Positions 37,930-50,384 of a stretch of DNA of 64,000 nucleotides are shown piece after piece. The DNA is from Chiloscyllium plagiosum (taxonomy: Eukaryota): NCBI RefSeq assembly GCF_004010195.1, contig NC_057719.1:20163433-20227432 (forward strand), read 5' to 3'. The notes under the pieces are model-generated. The model was given only the letters and a program-made list of their open reading frames with translations. It did no database searches and had not been told where the DNA came from. The translations under genes and the position numbers were made by a program. Every line of letters starts with the position of its first letter. Within the stretch, counting starts at the first letter, position 1.

Positions 37930-38135
37930 TTTAACAGCAACATTGATTTATGATTACCAAGGCACTTTATCGAAGCATTGCCAATCAAAATTTGCTGCTG
38001 AGTTACATAAGGACAAATATTAGGACAATGCTTGATCTCAGATGTGACTTTTAGGAGCATCATAAAGAAGAACAAAGAAAGGGAAGCAACCCCAGAGCCT
38101 GGCTCCACGTATCTAAAGGAATTGGTGGAGCAATG
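37930..38135 (-). mobile_element. L2-type LINE 3' fragment
   Basis: ccaaggcactt..caaaatttgctgctgagttacataaggacaaatattaggaca..ttttaggagcatc, which I recognise as the antisense of a shark L2 3' end. Confidence 0.55.
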
Positions 38136-39099
38136 TACACTGCTACAAAATAGCTTTGACTCTCATGTGTTCTCATTACAAATTATAGCTTCCCACCTTT
38201 TGACTAAAACCTAAGGTGTTAAGGGATATATGCCATATGGAGTCAGATCTCAGATTAGCCAAGATCTCATTGAATGTTGGAAGAGGCTTGAGGGGTTGAG
38301 TGACCTACTCCTGTTGCTATGTTCCTAAAATAATCATTATAATAAAAAAACCTAAGTTCAACATTTCTAGTCAGTTTTCCTATTCACATTACCTTTAATA
38401 ATCAGAAAAATTAATGTTTCAAAATCTGTCATTTCCCTTGATTCTGTCACGGGTTTAAGTACTGAGAAAAATAAGCATTTTTAGTTTAGATAGTAAAACA
38501 AAAAATCTCATTTCATGGGTGGAAATGAGGTCCTTTTTAAACTGGGAACAGCGCCACACAATAAGATAATGATATCTCCAGGCATTTTTGACAATTACAC
38601 TGCAACACATATTTAAATAACATTGATTGTTTTAGCTACAATCGAGCAGATTCTAGCAGGGTAGTTTCTATATGTTCTAGTCAATCCATTCAAATATATT
38701 AACACACACCTCTAGAACAGGTTGGCACTTGAACTCAGGCCTTTTGGCCCAGAGCTAGGGTCATTACGACAGCACCACCACAAGAACCCATTGCAAGATA
38801 GTTCTGTGAAGCAAATCTGCCCAATTGATCAAACTACTAATCAATTCCTGTCATTTGCAACACAGTGCACTTACCAAGGGAATGTTCTATATTTGATTGT
38901 AAAAGGTGCATAGAATTGAAAGTTTATTTTTTTTTCTTTCTGTCTACCCAAGACACAGTGGAAAAAGATCTTGTCTTTGCTGTGTAGCAAAATAGTTCAA
39001 AACATATTTTCAATTCTGAACAAATGAAAGCTTTCCCTAATCTCTTGATCCCAACAGTTTGGGAATAATGGTCAGATTCATTCAGGCGGGCTATTATAT

Positions 39100-39207
39100 T
39101 CTGTTCTGAAGAAGCGTCACTGGACTGAAAGGTTAACTGTGGTTTCTCTCCAGAGATGCTGCCAGATTTCTTTTTGTTTCTGATTTCCAGCATCCGCAGT
39201 TCTTTCG
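39100..39207 (+). mobile_element. PLE family-2 terminal repeat with hammerhead remnant
   Basis: ctgaagaagcgtcactggactgaaaggttaactg..gatgctgccaga..tttccagcatccgcagt. Confidence 0.7.
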
Positions 39208-40404
39208 TCAGGCTATTACCTTTGTTATAAAGTCATCTGTTGATTTTGAAAAGCAACAGTAAGCATATATTGTGCCAAATCTTGGTGGGAAGGTAACAGC
39301 ATGATTAGCATGAATACTATTAATATGTTCAGATTGACCAACAAATTCAGGAAGAGACAGAATTGTTAAGAACAATACAGTCCCTGAATTAAATGAGAAA
39401 TTTATATCTTTCTGAGCTGGTGACATTGATTGACTTTGCAGTAATACTAATAAGATTGTTAAAAAAAAGTACTTCTAATTACTTGACTTGAATTTCTATG
39501 GTGATAGACATAAGAGATGGAGACAGAACTAAAGTATCCCACTGTGCCTAGCATTGAATCTGCACGTGAACAATGGTACATTGATGATACTTAAGCACTC
39601 TTCTCAGTTGGTTTTTTTCAAACATCCCCTCTGCTTAACCTGCATCAAGAAGGGGCGAGAGAATTTGCCTTCGACATTAGCTGTCTTGCTCCTTCCTACT
39701 TGGAAAATTGCATAGAGCAGGGTCACTTCTGTTGTCAAGAAACTAGAACATTAGAGATTTTGCAAAGGGTTGCAAGCATTAAGAATGAGAAAACAGCATG
39801 AAATAGTCTTCCTTCCTCTGGTTTTGGGGGAAAAATATTGTATTTCTTCATTTAAAATTATTTCAGCATATTTAATGGCTTGAATACATTTCTTTAGCTA
39901 AAATAGGAGGATAATTCTTGAAACATTTAGAAGATTTTTAACTTTAATTGAGAAAATTTGGATTTCTGAAGTGTAAATGAGTAGATAGAAATCAAATGTT
40001 TCCAAACATACAATGAAGCACTGAAAAATTATGCTTCATTGATGATTAATCTTAATTATGCAGTAATGAAATAAATAATTATAATCTTTATAAAGATTGT
40101 GAGGAAGATGTAACAGTTTATGCAAGTAAAATAATTGTACAATTAAAACACTGAACACCAAATCCATTGTATCAACAAAATGCTAAAAATAATCCATGCA
40201 ACAGCTTTCAAATAAATCACTTAAATAAGAGAAATATTAGTTAAATATAGTGGCAATAGAGAAAGAAATTTCTCTGAGTCAATTAAAAAGAAAACCAAAT
40301 ATGTTAGGTAGGAAATTGAAATAAACAAAAATTGAAGAAAAAATTCATAGATTCCCAGTACAGAGAGAAGCATGTGATTCTCTTCAAAGAGAATCACACT
40401 CATC

Positions 40405-40660
40405 CTCATAATCCCACAGTCAACACAACTAATCTATCAAACCCGCACATCCCTGGACTTTAAGGACAATTTAGCATGACCAATCCACCTAACCTATACA
40501 TCTTTAGATTGTGGAAGGAAACTGAAGCATCCAAGGGAAACCCACACAGACATGTTGAGAATGTGAAAACTCCACAAAGACAATCACTCAAGATTAGAAT
40601 AGAACCTGAGTCCATGATGCTGTGAGGGAGCAGTGCTAACCACTATGCCACCATGCCGAC
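40405..40660 (-). mobile_element. HE1-type V-SINE
   Basis: caatttagcatgaccaatccacctaacc..gtgctaaccactatgccaccatgcc. Confidence 0.85.
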
Positions 40661-40684
40661 CATATGAGATTCATGTGGGATAGA

Positions 40685-41172
40685 TACAGAAAGTACGGGA
40701 GGATCTCCACAGGTCTGGCAGCGTTTGTGGAGAGATAAATCTCTGAAGAAGAGTCATGCTGGATTTAAAATTTTAAATCTTTTCACGATCAAAACACCAT
40801 AGTTTTAGGCTAAGAAGTGACTGTTTTAAAACAGCAATAAGGAGGAGAAATTAATTCTGTTAAAGAGTTGTGAAACTGTGGAATTCACTACCCCAGAACG
40901 TGGTGGATGCTTGGCCACTGAATACATTTAAGGAGGAGGTAGACAGATTTTTAATCAGGTTAAAGGGTTATGGGGAATAGACAGGAAAGGGTACTTGAAG
41001 TTGAGATGAGATCAACCATGAATACATTAAATGACTAAACAGACTCGAGGTGCTGAATTGCCTTGTCTTGCTCTTAGTTCTTATGTTTACAGAAGCCATC
41101 AAACCTGCTGAGTTTTTCCAAAACTTCTTGTTTTTATTTCAGATTTCCAGCCTCCATCTTACTTTGCGTTCA
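40685..41172. mobile_element. PLE family-2 fold-back element with nested CR1 3' end (about 40790-41090)
   Basis: caggtctggcagcgtttgtggagag arm, ctgaagaagagtc motif, CR1 tail, then aacctgctgagtttttcc arm. Confidence 0.7.
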
Positions 41173-41179
41173 TAAAGAC

Positions 41180-42280
41180 AGAATTGTTTCAGGAATACAG
41201 AAAGAAACCAGAGAAGATCTAATGAATAAATTTCTGTACTCTGTTGTTCTGGTTTGGGATCACCTTTTAAAAAGACAGATTAAAATATAAGAAACAGATA
41301 TCTATGTGGCATTGTAAGAGCATTTGACAATTATTTTTCATCAAGTACTAACCATACAATAAAAAAGCAAAATTTAATAGAAGAATACAGCTTTGTGGAA
41401 AAGGCAATTTGATCTTTATACATTGTTGAAGCTTTCTGATTATGGTAGTTTACAACCAGCACTAATTTGAGAAAGACTTTTCATTGGAATTTCTGATATA
41501 TCCCTTCCTGTTATATTACACTCAAAAGAGAATCTCACATTGGAAAGAGCTGTTTGGGTTGTAAATAGAACTTAGATTCTGAAACAGAATGAGAGAATAA
41601 TAGGAATGGAAAGCTAATGTAGTTCACTAAGATAATCAAACTTCTTCAACATTCCAAGATGCAAAAATACCAAAGCATGATAGACAAACAGGAAATGTCT
41701 CTGAAAAATTTGATGTCAGAAGCATTCCAAAAATGGAGTTAAAATTCACATAATCAGAAACAATATCCAGCTTTATCGCACCAATGTAACCCTTGAAATA
41801 AAATGGGACATTTCCAGAGACTGCATGCAAGAGTCAAAAAGAACTGCTAAACCACAGAATTAATCGTACTAACTTGCACAAAGAGGTTAACACCTTACAG
41901 CAAGCATCCTTAGATGAAATCCCAAAATAACCAAAATATATCTAATTAGAATAATTTTCATTATGTAATGATATGCCACCTTTGGAATATAAAAGTCAAC
42001 TTTTCTTAAGGATAATAGGTGACTTATTTAACCAGATGTGACAGTATTCATCTGACTAATTTCAACTGTGGCACCTGGGCAAGTGTTCCTATAATAACCG
42101 AAATATTCCTTGGTTAATGAGAATGAAATTAGAACCACCTTTCAAACAATTGACTGAAAGAGGCAGAATACCACTTAAAATAAAAGGGATTGTTGAGAGT
42201 AGTCTTACAATAGAGAAAGTAATACTATGTTGAACAGGGGTATATCATCCAAAACCAACAAATCATTTTTGAGAAGGATG
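41180..42280 (+). mobile_element. Decayed Gypsy/Ty3 LTR retrotransposon gag-protease relic
   Basis: RIVSGIQKETREDLMNKFLYSV; VRAFDNYF..AKFNRRIQ; DLYTLLKLSDYGSLQPALI*ERLFIGISD..ENLTLERAV; zinc-knuckle remnant QYPALSHQCNP*NKMGHFQ at 41761-41817; protease remnant TNFNCGTWASVPII at 42055-42096 (FKLDTGA-like). Confidence 0.8.
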
Positions 42281-43219
42281 TCTGGGTTTAAGTCTCATCT
42301 GCTCCAGTTGTACAAGATAACATTTTTGAACAGTTTGATTTAAGATAAAATCTGTCACTTCTAAGCATGTCAGTTTGTTAACAATTACAATTCTACACTA
42401 TGTTGAAGAACCTCAGTCAGGTCAGAAGTCAAATACCAGTGATCAATGGAGATTGACTCAATAAGAGGAGGACTTCATTGGTCTCAGAGAAATATTTTCT
42501 GAATCTGAGAGAAAAAATTGTCACAGTTTGCAATTAATTAGGACCTTGTCCAAAAAAATCACTAGGGCTGCCAGATCAGAAAGTATGACTGATTTCACAT
42601 GTTTCAAATAATTATTAATGTGCCTTCCACACACAGACAAATCTTTAAACTCTGGTCCCTCAGACATCCTTGACACCACATTTACCAGGAGTTAGTAGTA
42701 AATTCCTGATAAAGTCAATTTAGCTGTTTCGAAAAAGTACCAAAACAATACTGTAAGCTTTACTGTTTATGGTGAATCTGGTACAATGTCAGACCTGTAG
42801 AAGAATGTGAGTGAGTATAAAAGGACAGACATGAGTATACCTCACTAAAATATCAAAAGTAGAAGATCAATTCTTTCAAAAACACACTTTCCTTTCGGAC
42901 ACAACAAGAAAACTAATAATCCTCATGGCAGTCAAACATTCAACAATGACATCGATGTTAGAGGGCATCCTCAGTTTCCAGTGCAGCAATGAATGTTACC
43001 TGAATATTTTATCTACTAACAGCATACTTTCAACCTGCCTAAGTTGTCAGTCATTAATAAAGTCAGAGACTTGAGGAGAGAGAAGAGGTCGTGATAAATC
43101 TGATTTATTTATTTGCAACATGCATGTTTTTAATGGTTATAAAGAGCTTTGTAACCATTAAAAGCCTTCATGCAGATGTTTTATAAAGAAGTTTGTACCC
43201 AAAACATCAAAAAATAAAT

Positions 43220-43316
43220 CCTGAGAAAGAGTCACTAGACTCAAAACATTAACTCTGATTTCTCTCTACAGATGTTGCCAGACCTGTTGAGCTTTTCCAG
43301 CACTTTCTGTTTCTGT
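43220..43316 (+). mobile_element. PLE family-2 terminal repeat
   Basis: agagtcactagactcaaaacattaactctg..cagatgttgccagacctgttgagc. Confidence 0.7.
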
Positions 43317-43463
43317 ACCATAATATAAACTCCACCCATTAGGACATAAGACATTGTTGCTGTTAGGGGCCAAGATGAGTTTTAAGGTGTGCCCATTATT
43401 CTATGATACATGGACCAGAATAGTTTAATAGCACTAATGTGAAGCTTACTCTTAAATTAAACC

Positions 43464-43834
43464 GTCTAGGAGAAAGTGAGGACTGCAGATGCTGGAGATC
43501 AGAGCTGAAAATGTGTTGCTGGAAAAGCGCAGCAGGTCAGGCAGCATCAAAGGAGTAGGAGAATTTTTTTTGAAGAGAGCTTCTTCAAGGAAGGCATCCT
43601 TGCAAGAGGATTCGCAGTAGGTTAAAGTCTTCTAGGATAAAGTGAGGACTGCAGATGCTGGAGATCAGAGCTGAAAATGTGTTGCTGGAAAAGTGCAGTC
43701 AGGCAGCATCCAAGGAGCAGGAGATTTTTTGAAGAGAGCTTCTTTAAAAGAAGGGCTCATGCCCGAAAACGTCGATTCTCCTGCTCCTTGGATGCTGCCT
43801 GACCTGCTGCGCTTTTCCAGCAACTCATTTTCAG
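43464..43834. mobile_element. PLE mini-insertion: two tandem terminal repeats plus one inverted, 15-bp TSD
   Basis: ctcttaaattaaacc at 43449-43463 and 43835-43849; repeat units at about 43468 and 43634; inverted arm from about 43750 with hammerhead 3' half. Confidence 0.9.
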
Positions 43835-44079
43835 CTCTTAAATTAAACCTAATGTCTCACAAGATAGGTCTCAGATTTAATGTAACTAGCTATGAAGTAA
43901 TTTGCAATTCAACTATTTTATTTTACTAAGAATAAGCCCACTCTTCTGCCTAAGATTGTGAGTAGTCTATCAGCACATAGACTAATGCCCATGAGAAGCA
44001 ATGGTAGTAGTGATTTTTCTCAAGATGTCCCCAGATTACTCCAGCAGAATCCATGGTCTAAAGATGGATCCAATGCGGA

Positions 44080-44460
44080 TTGTTTGAAGACTAAGTTCAG
44101 TCACACCATGCAAGAATATTGTCCAGAATGGTATTGAATGGCTTCAGCATTGCAGAACTAATTCAAGTAAGTGCAAAATATTCCATCATATTCCTGACTT
44201 ATGCTGCTCAGCAATAGAAAGGTTTTGTGGAGTCAGGAGCGGAGTCACTCACTGTCGAATGCTCGACGTTTTACATGAAGCCACGATGTTGACTTAGCTG
44301 GTCAACTGAAAGCACTGCTGAATGATAATCCTTGGGATGGTGATGGTAGAAATGCTATTGAATTTCAAGTGTTTGATAATTGCAATCTTGTTGGGGATGT
44401 ATGGTAATCATGTGGCGTGAAAGCTATTTTTCTGAATGCTATCCAGGCCTTGCTGCTTGA
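44080..44460 (-). mobile_element. LINE family B fragment
   Basis: ggagtcaggagcggagtcactcactg and atccaggccttgctgc are the reverse complement of the family at 50385-51190. Confidence 0.65.
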
Positions 44461-44609
44461 AGGTACCTGGTCAACAGCACAGTGTTTTAAGCATAATTGT
44501 GCAGCCATTGTTTTCTTTGAAACCATTTGATCCAGTATTGTACAGAAAATCAAAGCAACTTCAAATCTGAACGGGAAGGTAGACTTAATTGGCGTAACAC
44601 CACAATTTG

Positions 44610-44812
44610 GGTTCTGGATTAGTGGTGCTGGAAAAGCACAGCAGTTCATGCAGCATCCGAGGAGCAGTAAAATCAACGTTTCAGGCAAAAGCCCTTCATC
44701 AGGAATTCCTCACTGCTCCTTGGATGCTGCCTGAACTGCTGTGCTTTTCCAGCACCACTAATCCAGAATCTGGTTTCCAGCATCTGCAGTCATTGTTTTT
44801 ACCTAGTTGATT
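44610..44812. mobile_element. Fold-back PLE mini-insertion with 16-bp TSD and hammerhead in the loop
   Basis: gtaacaccacaatttg at 44594-44609 and 44813-44828; arms about 44612-44668 and 44712-44768; reverse strand CTGATGA a GGGC tttt GCCT GAAA cGTT at 44671-44707. Confidence 0.92.
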
Positions 44813-45654
44813 GTAACACCACAATTTGAATTACCTACTTAATAACCAACGATTGTTTCCTGGGAAATTGTGGTGTCAATATGCTTGCCACATAAGAATA
44901 CAAAATGAATTGTTGAAACAGAAATCATTTCTGAACAGTACAATTATCTCCAAAAGACTTTTTACATCACAGCAATGGAACACAAATTGACAAAATGAGA
45001 CTGCTTCTGGTTGTCAGTGAAGTGAGATCACAGAGACTGGCAGAAAACCAAATCTAGTTGATAAACTCACAATGAAAATTGTCAGTAGATGGCAGCAAGT
45101 TCATATAATACAACTTTAAATCTGAGGTACAAATGCAGGTGACAGAAAGCTATAATAAAGAAACATTTGAAATAAACTTTTTTTAAAAATATGAGCAAGA
45201 AGAAAGAAAGAAAATATGGTTCAACTTTTACTGAAGTAATAGATCCTTAGTTAACTTAGGGACATTTGACGAATCTTTTTCCATGGTGCATGACTAACAT
45301 CATGAGAGTTGCTAATGAGCTATAAAAAGTCCTAATTAGCCCCAAGAGATTTCCATCATTAATAATTAAAAGCTTGTCCACACTTAATAATTCTAGGACG
45401 GTGAATAATAATTTTACTGTCCGATAATGTGATAATTCACAACAATGATACTTAAGATGATCAAGATTCAGAGGTGACATTGCTCCATTCATTAGTTGCT
45501 GGATGGTTCTATTTAATTACTGTGAATATAGTTTTGTTCTCCTTCCTCTTCCTATGGAATAGAGCATGACACATCTATCCACTTGGGTTACCTGAGCTGT
45601 TGCTGCATCTTTTCAATATTCTCCTTTTGACATCATCTAATAGTGTATAACTTG

Positions 45655-46010
45655 CTTAAAGAGAGACATGTTGCTGAAGCTTTTCCTTTTGCATTAATTA
45701 AGAGAAAATCAAGAATGCCAAATTTCTAATAGTTACAACAATTTACACCATGGAGAAAGAGGCGTTTTTTGGCAGGTCAATATTAATTGGCCAGGGCATT
45801 GCTGTGGAAGAAGTGATAGGTATCTATCATTTCCCAAGCTCCCAGATTCCCAGAGTATTTAAGTTTTAATATGTTCCCTATGTATGAATGCATGTCACTT
45901 CTAGTAAATGCAAATGTGCCACATGACAAGCTTAAATGTTTGTCTTATATTAGTTATTAATGTGGTTCTTAACACACTCAGGATTGTTTCACATATGCCA
46001 TCCAGTCTCA
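45655..46010 (-). mobile_element. Possible old retroelement terminal fragment (PLE-like)
   Basis: gagagacatgttgctgaagcttttcc resembles a shark repeat end I recall; too decayed to classify. Confidence 0.3.
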
Positions 46011-46861
46011 GAATTTCATATAATGTTTGATATTTTATAATGGGATTTGTAAGGATACATTTATTGAGTATTATCTGTACCCTGTCTGTCACAAAGGAAT
46101 ATGCTGTTGACTCGCTCATGCAATTGTTGAGATGTTCAATCTATGTCCTTTACATTGTATTCTCACTGAAATTCAAACATACCATTGCTCAATTATGTGG
46201 TAGGTAGACTATCTACTTGGACTAATAACAGCTTCCTGTAAATGGAAGAGACCAGTCATGTAATCACTGCATAGTAACAACATGAAATAGCCTACTTAAG
46301 CTGTTGCTCAAATCTTTGAGACAATTTCTCTTTCCAGATTAAATTGAGGTAAACCATGTCCTTTTCAGGTCCTAATGTGGCTACTGTTGAAGTTAACTGT
46401 TGAAATTTGGCAATCTTATATTTGTGCTAACAAGTGCGAAATTAAAGTCTTCAGTGAATGTCTCATTTCTTTTTCCAGCAGTATTTCCTTACTAATTTTA
46501 TTAACATTTTATTCATGCATTGCTTTGCATTTTGTTTAAGGGATATTTGTACGACTGTGCGTTAATGTAAAGAGTCTGTTGTACGATTGATTTTACTTGT
46601 CCAGTATAATTGCATTCCATATCTTAGGACAGGGTCTTTAATTTTGTGAATCAGTTCTTGGCATTCGAAATCTTCATTTTGGCTGGCACAATATTTCTGA
46701 CATTAGATGAGTTCCAAATAAGGCAATCTATTCTGATAAGAATTACAAACAAATTACAAACATTTGTTTTCAATATTAGAAGACTAAAAACTAGGCAGGT
46801 GGCTGAAGACATCAGGAACGAGACAAAGGGCCTGCTGAATATTGATGTCCAGGTTTTAGAG

Positions 46862-47481
46862 GTAATGGTAAAGTTGCCACAATCCCAGAGAGCTGCTGTC
46901 TTGTTAGAGAGAGAAAGATGATAGGTGGTGAGTTTACCCTGAAGGTCGCCATGCTCCAGGCAAGGAACAAGGCTGGGAAGGCAGGATCTCAGCTTGTGTG
47001 GGAGTTGAACCCAGACTGTTGGTCTCACCCTACATCACCTTTTTAGAAGAATGAGGGGAGATCAAATTGAAGTATTCAAGATGATAAAGGATGTGCGTAA
47101 AATAGAAGTGGAGCGGATGCATCCTCTTGAGGGGCATTCTCAGATGAAAGGTCATAGTCTTAGGATAGGGGGTAACAAATTTAAAACAGAGTTGAGGAGA
47201 AACTGCTTCACCTGAAGGGTTGTGAATCTGTGAATTCACTACCCCAAAGTGCATTGGATGCTGGGACAGTGAGTAAATTTAAAGAGGAGTTAGACAGACT
47301 TTTAATTGGTAATTGGTTGATAGGAATAAGGAGAGAAGGCAGGAAAATGGGGGTGAGGAGCATATCAGCCATGATCAAATGGCAGAGAATACTCGATGGG
47401 CCAAATGGCCTAATTCTGCTCCTACACCTTATGGACTTAAGAGTCTATGAACAAACTAGCCAACTGAGTTAACCAGCCCTC
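46862..47481 (-). mobile_element. tRNA-derived SINE family C, split by a CR1 3' end (about 47040-47448, + strand)
   Basis: Reverse strand A box (ggttaactcagttgg, about 47460-47475) and B box (gggttcaactccc, about 47000-47012) are separated by the CR1 insert. Confidence 0.7.
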
Positions 47482-47507
47482 ACTTCATGCTCATAAAAAC
47501 ACTTAAT

Positions 47508-47898
47508 AGGAGGCAGTGGCGTAGTGCTGATATCAATGGACTGGTAATCCAGAGACCCAGCCTCATGTCCTGGTGACTATAAGTTCAAATCCCACCAAGA
47601 CAGTTGGTAAAACTAGAATTTCATTAAAAGTCTGGAATTAAAAACTAATCTAATGGCAACCATGTAACCATTACCAATGGTCATAAAAACCCATTCAGTT
47701 CACTAATGTTCTGTAAGAAAGAAAATACACTGTCCTTATCTAGTCTGCTCTTGCTGCGATTCCAGCTCATGAGAGCTCCACTCTCCACTATCCTTCGAAA
47801 TGGCTTTCAGAAACACTCAGCTCAAGGACCACGATGGATGGATCACAAGTCCAGTCCTTGCCAGCAATGCCCATATCCCATACAAGATTAAACAAAAG
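47508..47898 (+). mobile_element. tRNA-derived SINE family B, near full length
   Basis: ggaggcagtggcgtagtg (A box), gttcaaatcccacc (B box), 3' end ccagcaatgcccatatccca plus A-rich tail. Confidence 0.85.
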
Positions 47899-48339
47899 CT
47901 TTCTGAAAGCTCTCTGGAAAATTTGTTTAGCAAATACTAGTTAGCTCTGCTTTTGAACTGTGTGGAATGACAGAGATTCAGGTGTCTTTGGGGATAATGT
48001 TGCATACACAGGACAAACAGTGCCTGGAGCTCTTCACTTGGATTTGGTGCTGAGCTTTTGAATTGATATGGAATGCTAAGATGCAGCTGCAGCAGCTCCT
48101 TTGTCCTTGTTCTCAACACGGAAGTCTGGCAAGAACACTAACAGCTCTTCTGGTACTGGTCCAGCAACAATCATTGAAAGGCTAGACAGCTTGGCTGCAA
48201 CCTGTTGGATGAAGGGAAGAAGGTGGACTGGTGTGGAATTCTTACCAACCCAACTAAGCCAATGGGGTACTCAGATAAGACTTCATAGATCTCAGAGACA
48301 AAAGGCAGCTTTTCTTTCTTTCTGTGCTGCACAGTGATT

Positions 48340-48880
48340 TAAATTGGAATTTGAAAGTTTTATTGTCACTTGCATGTTACAGTGAATAATGCAGTAAAAT
48401 ACAGTGAAAAGCCTCACCTGTCATCACACTGAAAGAGAGTCTATCTTCATTCCACCCCCTCCACCATGAGTCCTGAGTTGGCTCACCAATGCCATGACAC
48501 CCGCGCTGCTAGCCCTCCTCCACAACTTTGCCGCTGTCTGTACTGGACTCACCATTCTAGGAGTTGCCACTCTTTAGGCACAGTCTCTTTGCCGTTGGGT
48601 CCATCTCACAGACGCCACCGCTCTGCTGAACACAGACATGCCCTGCAATGAGGAATCCACTGCTGTCGCCATCTCACTGATAACAAGGAGTCCCTTCTCT
48701 GGGCATACCATCACCACAACCAGGAATTGCTGGCTCCACTGCCTCACCAATGGCAGGAGACACCGCTGTCACCACAGCAGCCACCACCTCGCCAACGCCA
48801 GGAGTCTTCGTTGTGGGCCTAATGCAATTGGGAGTCCCTGGCTCCACTGTCAGGTCAGGCCGCCTGCCACTTTTATAATA
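48340..48880 (-). mobile_element. Probable LINE 3' UTR fragment, GC-rich; related copy at about 49550-49860 on +
   Basis: ttttattgtcac..aaatacagtgaaaag is the reverse complement of the end type cttctcactgtattt..gtgacaaaa..aaatcaaatca at 49808-49859. Confidence 0.45.
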
Positions 48881-50384
48881 ACACAAAGCTTCAGTGCTTC
48901 ATTACTTCCCATGGCTTTTGCACAAAACTGAAGTTGACAAAGATGGCAACTGAACTGGACACAGGCAGATGAATAGTGACTTATTAATCCACTAGGACAT
49001 TTCACTATAAAGGAACATTGATTTCAAGATCCCATACTGTGGCCACACTGAGATTCCATCTGCTCTGGCCAGGACAATGCTTCTGATCCTGTTGAGAACT
49101 AATGATTTTCATTAGTGCCCTTGTGCCTGCAGCAATCATGAAACAGCTCGGGAAAATGCTCATTGTAGAGTGGGGCAATCTGCAAGTTCTAGCATCTATC
49201 AGCTGTTAGGTACCAGTGATATCAATTCAGCTGTGGAATGAAGAATTAGGCGAGCTTCTGAGTGCAGTTTTATAGGAGCCTCAATGACGTGGGCTGAGGC
49301 AAAAGCTCTGGGAGGATCAGAAAGGCCAGGAAACTCTAGTTCAACATCACAAGCAACTGGCTGCATTTTCCAAGAGAGAGCCAGGCATTGAGACCAGATT
49401 CTTGCCAGCCAATAATGAGTTGTTTATTAATGGGGGTATTATTGCTTGTTGTCAATCTTATTGACTGCAGATCTCATCTCATGTCCTACTATCCACGGTG
49501 AGGAAACTACATGTCAACACTTCCTGATGTGCAAGCTTGAGACTGTACCTGGTGATTCCAGTTTGTTGCTTCCACCTTCTGTCTTCCTTGTCATTTGGCA
49601 ACTTTCATTCCAGCGATGGTGGTGTGGTGAAGGGGATTTGTGCCTGACCACCACGCCTATGGGCCATGGCTGAGCACTTAACAAGAAGGACTGTAACGTC
49701 AAACACATTTTCTTCATTTCTTCATTCTTCTGCCTTTGTGGTTCAATGTTTTGGTTCATTTTTCTGTGTTTTAAAATGATGCCAGAAAGTGGTGACACTA
49801 TGCAACACTTCTCACTGTATTTTGTAACAAAATACATGTGACAAAAGTAAATCAAATCAGGTCTGGAGTTTGAGGTAGTACAGGCTACCTTCATCTTGCA
49901 GATACTCAAGAACTTGAACCTGTCCAGGCAGCGGCTGAAGACCCAGGGTTTGAAGAGCAATATGACAGAGATGAAGTAGAAACAGCTTCACTCAATCCCA
50001 CAGACACAACCACCAGCTTACATACTGACATTATGCATACTTATAGGATAACTTCAAATTACGAACTGTATATGTCAAGACACCAGTCAAGACTGACCAG
50101 CAGCTAGATGACAGAAAAGAATCAGGAAGGTGCCATCTCCCCAAAAGATTAAATTACACAAATGTCTTTCCATTCATCTGCTCATGACAAGGCCAGAATT
50201 TTCCTCCCATCCTTCAATATCTTTGGGAAGCAAGTACCCCTGTAGTGAGAAAACTCCTTCAATCTCTGTTCTTCATGTGGTACAGGTACAGTGCTGTTAG
50301 AGAGGGAGCTACAAGATTTTTAATTTTCAAGGGAAGTAAAAGTTCAAATTACAGAGGATTGGGTCATATTCTTCAATTAATGTG

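Noticed and set aside
41401..41830. Selenocysteine recoding or a domesticated gag gene to explain the in-frame TGA codons
   Set aside because: Frameshifts and loss of the catalytic Asp and zinc-binding Cys residues indicate ordinary decay.
40000..43220. Paired LTRs and primer-binding site for the Gypsy relic
   Set aside because: I could not see convincing similarity between the 40000-40300 and 43090-43220 regions.
48466..48931. Overlapping ORFs in the GC-rich block
   Set aside because: Open in several frames because of base composition; the block ends in a LINE-type 3' terminus on the minus strand.
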